Source: Eledone cirrhosa
Lineage: Eukaryota
Assembly (NCBI GenBank): GCA_964016885.1
Contig: OZ024746.1
Coordinates: 39,990,001 to 40,054,000 of the forward strand
Length of the DNA: 64,000 nucleotides
Reading direction: 5' to 3'
The notes below the pieces were generated by a model, which was not told where the DNA came from, made no database searches, and saw only the letters and a program-made list of their open reading frames with translations. Below, one piece after another: positions 53,931 to 64,000 of this stretch. A program made the translations under genes and the position numbers. Every line of letters begins with the position of its first letter. Position 1 is the stretch's first letter.

Positions 53931-56900
53931 ATATGTTTCTTTTATTTGCCACCAGGGCATCAAAAGTGGGACAAGTACAATGGGGGGAGTTTACAAAACA
54001 AGGCGTCCTCAATAAGGAGGAGGCAATAACAATATATAAAAATAAAATAAAATATAACAAAAAATAAAATTTATAACAAAGTCCTCAATAGAGAGGAGGC
54101 ACCTTGGGGGTCGCACACACCCCCGAAAAAAGTGTGCAACCCTTCTCCTCAGGAGCACAGAGAAGGGGTGCTCCCTTGGTCTTTCATCTTCCTCACCTAT
54201 AGTCTGATGTAGAGTGAAGGCCCATTCACACGAGCCATTCTCGCCACTTTCACCCATCTTTCATAAAAACGGCTGGGGTGCAGCACCTCTCTCTCCATCC
54301 TGATCCTTCTTCCGAAATGATATCGGAAGAAACGGACCAGTTGTTGGCCAGAGAGAAAGGTGTCTGACCTCAGTCCTTTCAGACGCGTCCACCATACAAC
54401 CTCTTTCGCCATGGCTATTACGCACAGAAACACCGCCTCTCCTTCGTTTTTGAAGAGGGGAGGCGGCTTGATCGTTACAATAGACTCGGTGGTCAACCGG
54501 ATCGGTCCCACCCTTGACAGCAGTTGTTCGACATAGCCCCACAGATCGGCAATGCCCGAGCAGTGTACCAATGCGTGTGCAACGGTTTCCTCGTCGCACA
54601 CGCATCTGGGACAGATCTTTTTCGATGGGTCCCTACCCGGGCGCCCGTGTCTGTAGAGCCTTTCTCGAACGGGCAGAGCCCTTCTGTAGTATTGCCAGGC
54701 CAGGGACCTCTGGAAGCTATCCATGGGTCCCGGGCTGAATGTCCTACCGAACAGGTTGGCCAGTTCGTCTTCCTCCATGCCTAGGGCTTCTCCGAGGGCG
54801 TCGTCGCACCTGCTAACCACCAGCCCTCTATAGAATGACGAGGTGGATTCTCCACTGACAGCCGGGTCCGCCTGCCAGAGAGCCGTGAGCGCCTGAGCAC
54901 ACTCGGTGTGCCAGGCGCCCAGTAGTCTCGGTCTTTGCTTGACCCAGGATTGCAGTTCGGTGAGTGAGACGAGTCTGGGAAAGGCTCGCCTCACAAACGG
55001 GGCCCACACCGGTTGACCGGAGAGGAATACCTGAAGGTGCCGTAGCCTTAATGCGTGTTTACGTATCATTAGCCACGGCATCCCCAGCCCTCCTTTCGAA
55101 GGGTGTTGACAGCAGATGGATCTCCTCACCATAGGAGCCCGCTTCTTCCAAAGGAATTGGAAGAGTGCGCGCTCCATTTTGGCGAGCGTTTCCCTTGGGC
55201 AAGGCACAACGGTCAGGCGGTAGTAGATGACGGACGCTATATAAGTGTTCGCCACCTCCGCCCGACCTTTCAGGGACAGTTTGCACTCGGCCCACTTCTG
55301 GGTCAGTGCAAACACCCTGTTCGTTACCTCACCCCAGTTCTTCTCCACCTGGAGGTCTGGTCCGAACCAGACCCCGAGCAACTTCACCGGGCCCTCCGTC
55401 CAGCGCCCGACGACGCCATCGGAGGGCATCGATCTTCCCCTCCACGTGCCGAGTTGCAGACCGATCGACTTGTCCCGGTTCAGCTTAGCCCCTGTAAACC
55501 TTTCGTACTCCTCCAGTAAGGTGCCGATATCCCCGATTTCCGAGGCCGTCGACACCATTACTGTTACGTCATCGGCGTAGGCTGACACCGCTTTCCGCAA
55601 TCCCGGTTCCAACGGGATGCCCTGCAACAACTCCAACTTCCGCAGCAGTGGCTCTAGAGTCATTACATACAGAAGGGAGGAGAGAGGGCACCCCTGTCGG
55701 ATGTACCGCGCGATTTCGAACGGCTCCGAGAGGTAGCCGTTCACCTTGACCCTAGAGCAGATGCGGCTGCTGTGCATGGCATTGATCCAGCCCCTGAAAA
55801 CGGGTCCGAAGCCTGCCGCCGCTAGCACCGCATCCAGGTAACCATGGTCGACCCTATCGAATGCCTTAGATTGATCCAAGTTGATCAGGGCCCCACCAAA
55901 GCCGAGTTCGTTCCCAACCCTCTCTATGATGTATTGCATGAGGTGGGGGTTGTCGTGGATGGACCTGGACGGGATAGCACATGTCTGCGCATCTCCCACC
56001 AGGTTGCCCACGACAAGCGCCAACCTCTTTGCTAGCACCTTGGCCAAAATCTGTAACTCTGTATTTAGCAGAGTTATGGGCCTGAAATTATTTATATCGT
56101 CCCCCTTGTTCTCGTCCTTCCTCACTAGCGTGACTACGCCCTTGGTCACAGCACAGGGAATTCTCCCATTCTGTTGCCAGTTGCAGTAGACCGCCTCGAG
56201 GAGATCGAGGAACAAGTCCGGCATAGCTAGATATAGTTCGTATGGAAGACCATCGAGACCCGGGGATTTGCGTTTGCCGCATTGGCTCAGTACGTCCTCT
56301 ATCTCAGCGGCTGAAATCGGCTCCTCGCAGGACTTCGCCTCCCTGTCCGAGAGACGCGGCAGGCCGTCGAGGTATGGACCGAAGTCCACATCCCCAACCG
56401 GCCCCCCGCCCCTTCCGAACAATCCGGCAAAGTGCTTTTGAAAAGCCTCGCACATCTGCTTAGGTTCAAGGATCACCCGTCCATCCTGGTCTCGCAAAGA
56501 CCGGATAGTGGATCTGCTCCCTTTTTTGGCTTCTGTCACGCGGGCCCAGCTAACAGCTTTGGTCCCCGCGTTTCCCAGAGCACGTATTTTGCTTCGGACG
56601 ATGCAGCCTTTGTGTTTCGCGTCGAATAGCTGGCCCAGGGCCGTTCTCGACGCTAGCACTCTGGCCACGTCGCCGCTTCTAATTGCCTCTTCTACACTAT
56701 CTACCAACTCCCTTTCCTTCCTATTTCTATTTGAGGCTAACTCCTTACTAAATTCTATAGAGACTACTCTAATCTCTCTTTTGAGAGATCCCCACCACCT
56801 GCTGTTGACGATGGCGCCCGTCAACCGCTCCTTAACTAAAGTGCTAATCCGGTCCCTGTAAGCCTTACTTGCCGGTAAGGACAAGTTGAGCTTCCAGTAA

Positions 56901-57328
56901 CAGGGTCCCTGTCTATGAGTTCTGTCAAGGTTGATTATGCAGGTCACTAACTTGTGGTCTGAATAGCCAACCATGCGCATTTTTGGACAACTTAAAAAGT
57001 CATTATCCTTAATTCTAACTAAGAACCTATCTAGGTACGACCTAGATGATCCGCTACGATTTGCCCAAGTCCAGGTTGGCGCAGTCGGAAAATCTAGTCG
57101 ATATCTATCGGCCAGGTCAAATCGACCGATTAACCCTTTGAGGCTATTACACCCCTCTCTATCGGGACAGGCCCCTACGTAGTCCCAGCGTGCATCTAGG
57201 ATACCATTCCAGTCCCCCACTAATAGCAAGGAGCGGGACGTCCCTAGAAAAGTCTCCAGACGATGGAAGAAGTCCGGCCGCATTGACCCGAAAGGGCCGT
57301 AGGCGGCTACCAACCTAAACGCTCCGCC
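53931..57328 (-). mobile_element. Tx1-clade copy F, truncated within the endonuclease, ORF otherwise open
   Basis: ORF 54197-57328 close to A ORF2 (YADD, CCHC); the N-terminal 37 aa in the track are microsatellite artefact. Confidence 0.93.
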
Positions 57329-57472
57329 TATAGATAGGTAGCTACATACATACATACATACATACATACATACATACATACATACATACATACATACATA
57401 CATACATACATACATACATACAGCACGGCGCGACAAGCATATTTTTTATATATACAGGCCATTTCTCTCTCA

Positions 57473-57546
<74 letters not shown>

Positions 57547-57577
57547 CTATCTATCTATCTATCTATCTATCCCTCTC

Positions 57578-57677
<100 letters not shown>

Positions 57678-58169
57678 TCTCCTTCTAAAAACAAAACAAT
57701 TCTCAGCGTTTACTTTAAGTCAACTAATAAACAAAACAGCAAGGAGTCTCCAGTACTTTTATAGAGATTTGATTTTGATCTTACTTGAATATAATGAAAC
57801 TAAAAACGTCTGCTACATGAATCAAAACGTCTGTATCAAACTAATTTATCTCAATAAAAGGTTAATAATCATATACAGATAATAAGGGCTTTAATATTAC
57901 ATTACATAAACTAACGTGGAAAAGATATATTAGATAAAACTGTGCCAAAACCATATATACTTTATTATTATTAAAGTACAAAAGAACTCGACAAAACTAT
58001 CACAGATTCAAATGAATATTGATTATAGTAATAAAACAATTAATTAAATTTCATAAAACTGAAAAAACAAAATCTGTTGAAAGTATATAAGAGAGATGAA
58101 GCCAGATAGTATTAGCTGAACAAAGTTTTATAAACTAACAAGTTGTACTTGATCGTCTCGCTACTGTTT

Positions 58170-58239
58170 GTTATGGTGATGGTGATGATGATGATGGTGG
58201 TGATAATGATGATGGTGATGATGATGGTGGTGATAATGA

Positions 58240-58273
<34 letters not shown>

Positions 58274-58386
58274 GATGATGATGGTGGTGGTGATGATGGT
58301 GGTGGTGATGATGATGATGATGAATATGATAATGATGATGATTGTGGTGGTGGTAGTGGTGGTGGTGGTGGCGGCGGTGGTGGTGG

Positions 58387-58433
<47 letters not shown>

Positions 58434-58500
58434 GTGGTGGTGGGATGGTGGTGGTGGTGGTGGTGGTGGTGGTGGTGGTGATAATGATGGTAATAATTCA
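58170..58500. repeat. (GAT/GGT)n microsatellite
   Basis: Direct reading. Confidence 0.95.
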
Positions 58501-58625
58501 TCATTTTGTAAAAATAAATTACTCAAATTACAAGATATATAGATTTTCATCACTACCAATGGGGGACGTTGACTAGTAAAATCGGGAGAGCGTCGGGTAA
58601 TATGTGTATATATATGTATATATAT

Positions 58626-58727
58626 AACGAAGGAAATGTGGTAAGGAACCAGGTGGACCATAACGCACCAAAGTACTCAATACTTAGGGTAGTAGAGTGG
58701 GTAATAGGAACCAGTAAAACTGGTTCC

Positions 58728-58730
<3 letters not shown>
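58626..58730. mobile_element. TA-inserted family 2 short hairpin copy
   Basis: AACGAAGGAAATGTGG..AGGAACCAGT aaa ACTGGTTCCT. Confidence 0.8.
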
Positions 58731-58767
<37 letters not shown>

Positions 58768-59104
58768 GTAACGGCTTTTTATATTGTAATTTCAAACCTC
58801 TTCAGGGGGGACAACTTTTTCTTTTATCTTTCCGAAGTAGATAAAACAAAGTACCACGCTAGTATTTGTATTGATTTAGTTGACAAAATCCTGCCAGTAA
58901 AATTGTGTGGTCTTATATTTCTGCTATATATCAATAGTTGTTGTGTCGGAAGATGATAGAGATGCTGAAACAGTAATACGCCATAAGACTAAATATGTTT
59001 CATCTCTCTGTTGTAAGTTCAAAACCCACAGAGAAGGACTTCGACAGTCGTTTCTCTGATGTTCATTCAATTCACTACATTTATTACCTTAAAATTTTGC
59101 AAAA

Positions 59105-59490
59105 CTGGTAGCTGCATCATGACAGCGCTCTGGCTCATTTGTTGCAGCTTATCCAAAGCTTCTTGACAAAGAAAGGCACCTCGCTCATTCGCTAGGCTCC
59201 TTATCTCCAGGCATAGCTCCTTCAGACTTCTGGTTGTTCAAAAAAATGAAGACGCCACGAAAAAGGGTCCGCTTTAAGAGCCGAGAGGACATCATGCAGA
59301 CTGCGATGGTGGAGCTGAGAACCATTCTGGAAGAAGAAATTCCAGGCGTGATTTAAACAGTGGGAGGATCGCTTGACTAAGAGTGTGGAAGCACAGGTAA
59401 CCTACTTCGAAAGGTATTGGCAAATGAACTCCACCAGGTACGTAATTTTTACCCCAGCCTAAGGTCTAGTGCGTTTTCGACACATCTATA
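59105..59490 (+). pseudogene. Degraded mariner transposase C-terminus
   Basis: LHHDSA..H, SPGIAPSDFWLFKKMK, VEAQ..YFE motifs with frameshifts. Confidence 0.75.
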
Positions 59491-60459
59491 CAATGTTGGG
59501 TCAATTTACTATTTCGCTTCTCCTACAAAGCATTAAGGTAAAAGATCCTTAACTCCTGATGTATTCATAGGAGTACTATCCTGACATACGGCGTAGCTTA
59601 GATATGTTTAAACACCATAACACTGCTGATATCTTTCAGGTAAAGAAAAAGTGACAGAAAGAGAAAGTGATAAAGGAAGAATCGACCCCAGTACTTTGCC
59701 ATCAGACATTTTGCAGGTTAAAGAAACAGTCATTAGTTGTGCAGTATCAGTGGTTTTTACAGCAATTAGTTATACCTCCTTGAAAAATGGAATGGAATGC
59801 ATCTCCGTCGATTTCGACGAAGAGTGTTTCAGTTGTTTGATAAACGGAATAACGTACTCGTGGACTTAACATATAAGTGACTAAGAATTCCATAGACACA
59901 TGTACCATTAATGTCATTCTCAGGAAGATTCAGTGTAGGCGTATGTGACATGGCTGGCCTTTCGAATTACAGATACAGAACGACCAAAGAGCTTCGAAAC
60001 AGTTTCCGTCTATCCAATTTTATTCACGTGTCTTGGGTTGGTTGGCCAAAGATTATCTATGGTAAATGACGCTTGCCCAAGATACTCCCTAATCAGTAGC
60101 AAAATCAGTAGAACACTCAATAAAATACTTTGCAGTGCAGTACCGAGCGTTGAATTTTGTTGAATTTCGTTCATCCGGAATCGATATTAAGAGCAGCCGC
60201 AACAGCAACAACAACGACAACAACAGCAGCAACAACAATATATCTTCACATTCAGTAATAGCCTCGACGATCTTCTTATTGTGAAGGCTTTTGGTTGGAA
60301 TTATTTCACTAGTTGCGCTAACGCAGCTAGTAAAAGCGTGAACGTGATAATTCTTATTTACTTGTCTTTTTTTTAAGTCAGTAGTGTTTCTTACCCGATT
60401 ATGAATGAAACACCTTGTACCGTAAATACAAGCTATTTACTCCATTTACCTTATCGCAT

Positions 60460-61750
60460 TATTGTGAATTGGCAGAATCGGTAAAAGGTTGAACACCATG
60501 CTTTTCAGCATAGAGTCACGGCCCTTTACGTTCTGAGTTCAAATCCCACCGAGGTTAACTTTGCCTTTCATCCTTACGGGGTCGATAAAATAAAGTACCA
60601 GTAATGCACTGGGATAATTGCCGGCCTTGTGACAAAAGTAGAAACAATTATTATTATCAAGGGAATTGAGGCAGATTGACAGTATCGGTAGAGCGTCGGA
60701 CAACATACTTTACGGTATAGAGTTATAACCTTTTACATACTGAATTCAAATCCCGTTGAGGTTAGCTTTGCTTTTCATCCTTCCAGCGTCGATAAAATAA
60801 AGTACCATTAACGCACTGGAGTCGGCTTGATCGCCTTACCCGTTCTCTTCAAATTGCTGGCCTTGTGTCTAAATCAGAAACTATTGTTTCGATAGGGCGC
60901 TGGACAACATGCTTTGCAGCATAGAGTTATGGCCCTTTGCGTTCTGAGTTGAAATGCCGCTGAGGTTAGCTTTGCCTTTCATCCTTACGGGGTCGATAAA
61001 ATAAAGCACCAGTATTGCACTGGGGTAGATTTAATCGACTTTCCATTCCCTCAAAATGACTGGCTTTGCGCCTATAGTAGGAATCATTATTATTTGTGTA
61101 AAAAGGGCGCTGGATTGGCAGTATCGGTAGAGGGTCGGACGCCATGCTTTCCAGCATAGTTACGTCCCTTTACGATCTGAGTTCAAATCCCGCCGAGGTT
61201 GACTTTGCCTTTCATACTTACGGGGTCGATAAAATAAAGTACCAGTAATGCACTGGGTAATTGCTGGCCTTGTGCCTAAAGTAGAAACAATTATTATTTT
61301 CAAGAGCAATATGGGGGTTGATTGGTAGCATTGGTAGAGTGTCGGACATGCTTAGTGGTATGGAGTTACGTCCCTTTGCGTTCTGAGTTCAAATTCCACC
61401 GAGGTTAGCTTTGCCTTTCATCCTTATGGGATCGCACTGGGTCGATTTATTTCATTTTCTTCTACCCCTAAATCGTTGGCCTTGTGTCTAAATCAGAAAC
61501 TATCATTACACTTTAGTATGGTGGTAGATCAGCAGAATCTTTGGTGAGTCGAACAAAATATCTTGCGGTATTTGTTCCAGGTCTTTAACTTCTGAATTCA
61601 TCCCATCGGGGTAAAATCTGTATTTCATTCTTCCTAGGTCAATAAAATGAAATACCAGTAAAATACAGGAATCTATATAATCAACTCTTCCCCGCTCCTC
61701 ACCCACAAAATGCCTTGTTCTTGTATTAGAAACGATTATTATCATATTTG
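60460..61750 (+). mobile_element. Tandem array of about 6 tRNA-SINE units (MetaSINE-like)
   Basis: Head-to-tail units with ATTGGCAG..GAGTTCAAATCC..GATAAAATAAAGTACC..GAAAC(A/T)ATTATT. Confidence 0.85.
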
Positions 61751-63586
61751 AGTCACTTACAAGAAACCGTTTTTAATTCTTAAGAAAATCTGCTCTAAAT
61801 TTAGAGTGGAATTAAAACACATCTTGTAATTCTTTTGTATTATCTCTAAACGTATCTGAGATGAATTAATAGCTGTCATTGTTTTCAAAATAATTACAGC
61901 AAACTAAAACGGATCGCTTCTTCTATACAGTTAAATATGTTTACATGGAAATGCTGACGAGAAAAAGCTAAAAATAATCTAAGAATAAAAAAAACAGTTG
62001 GGGTGTTAGCAGATGACTCCAGATTCTACCAAAGAAGGCCATCATTCAACCGGCTTTGCAGTTGAGTCGTAAGAAGGCAGGAATAAACTGAGAAATAAAA
62101 TATATACAAAGTCACCTTAAAGATGCTTAGATTTCAGATATCTACATATCTGTACCAATCACATCAACAGAACTTAATACAAACGAATGTCTCTAGTCGA
62201 GATATTTGTTTTAAGAAGTAAAATAATTGTTTCTACTTTTGGCACAAGGCCAGCAATTATCCCAGTGGTAAAGTTAACCTCGGCGGGATTTGAACTCAGA
62301 ACGTAAAGAGCCATAACTCTATGTTTCAAAGCATGGTGTCTGACGCTCTACCGATACTGCCAATCCACATTGTGTTGAATGTTTGAATGTGTATAATTTG
62401 TTTCTGAGGTGTTCGACTTTCTTACTGGTATGTTTGTCAGAAGTCATTGCCTTGAATTGATAAAGTTTATGGCAAGTAATTGTTGTTGTATCATCGGCAC
62501 AGTTTTCCCGTGTCCAAGAATACACATTCCATAATATATGTAGTTATGCTCGTGAAATTAACGATAAGTGGCTGAGCATTCCACGGATACGTGCACAGAT
62601 ACGTTTAAAGTAGTTCTCTGGGAGAATTAGTATGACAAAATATGTGACAAGACCGGCCCTTTAAATTACAGGTACCACTCATTTTTGTCTTCTGAGTGAA
62701 CTGGAGCAACGTGAAAATAAAGCGTCTTGCTCAAGGACACAACTCGTAATCCGGTCCAGGAATCGAACTCACGACTTTACTATCATGAACTAAACAGCCT
62801 AGCCATTAAGCCTACACAGTTTTAGGTAGGATCCGACATATAGTATATTTCACTGTATTAAGCAACTGCTGCGCTTTATAATTTACTCTTGGTTTGTTAA
62901 CTTTCTTTTCAGATTTCAATTCCTGTGACAAAGGTTAAATGAGGTGTGGAGGTGCGTAAAGTGACAGAAATAAACAACAGATACTATTATTAACTGTGAG
63001 TGATGTAAACAAAGAAATATAAACAAAAACAGGTAAGATGCCATCGATCTCTACCCACTGCTCTGTTTCAATTTTCAATTGAAGATATTTCACATCATTT
63101 GTGACACTAATACCTTAAAATAGATCTGTGTATCACAATATAGTATTTTACTCCTAAAAATATAATGCCATAAACTGCAACAAATACAATGATTATATGT
63201 TTATGTATAACAAAAAACAAAAATAGTGTTGGCTGCAAGTAAGATGACACTGCTTGTTTAAAAGCATGGCAAATTGACGGTATATTTCTGGTTAGAAAAG
63301 ACAGATTAAAATATCTCATGTAAAGCTTAAATTACAAAAAAGCAAGATCTGTATCCAAATGACTTCCGGGAAACTAAATCAGGCTACTATTTTTAATCAC
63401 TTCGAAATGCTTAAATTGAAGAGAAAATTAGATATTGATTAGGAAAGGGTATTTTTTTTTTATGTTCGAAACAATTTGGAAATAAAAGGAAAAAGAAAAG
63501 GAAAACTTTCATTTTCTTATTATTAGATAGATAGATAAATAGATAGATAAATAGATAGATAGTTAGATAGATAAATAGATAGATAA

Positions 63587-63671
<85 letters not shown>

Positions 63672-63799
63672 GAAAGAGAGGAGGTGGATCGTGTATAGAT
63701 AGAGAGAGTGAGAGAGAGAGAGAGGGGGAAAGAGAAAAGGAAGAGAGAGATCTTGTACAGATAGATAGAGAGAGAGTGGGGAGATCGTGTATAGATAGA

Positions 63800-64000
63800 T
63801 AAATTTCTTTATTAGCCACAAGGGCACAAAAGAAAGGGACAAATACAAATGGGGAGTTTACATACAGGTATATGAAAATAAAACTATTAATAAAATAACA
63901 AATAACAATTGATATCCCCAATAGGGGGAGGTGTTACACAGGGGTTGTACACACCCCGAAAAAGTGTACAACCCTCATCTCCAGGAGCACCAAGAGTGAG
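63800..64000 (-). mobile_element. Tx1-clade copy G, 3' end (runs off the window), near-identical to D
   Basis: 63665-64000 matches 47340-47670. Confidence 0.9.

Overview
AT-rich, microsatellite-saturated eukaryotic intergenic/intronic DNA. The SINE families and repeat density suggest an octopod cephalopod (inference only). No host protein-coding gene could be supported; most track ORFs are translations of simple repeats. Two retroelement systems dominate. (1) Between about 2.9 and 23.4 kb, with related pieces at 28.8, 52.4 and 58.6 kb, short non-coding inserts sit inside (TA)n tracts. They carry about 15 hand-identified minimal type-I hammerhead ribozymes (HHRs) from several sequence families, with compensatory stem changes, recurrent core variants and long-stem-II forms. 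Wherever two arms occur they are divergent inverted pairs with both 3' ends facing outward, consistent with Penelope-like (pLTR)/retrozyme elements. (2) From 36 to 64 kb there is a same-orientation stack of seven Tx1/L1-clade LINE copies, one full-length with intact ORF1 and ORF2, each bounded by (GATA)n/(TATC)n. The window also holds a mariner derivative with ~96-bp TIRs, RTE fragments, tandem SINE arrays and a 46-bp minisatellite. All structures were derived by eye, with no folding or database searches.
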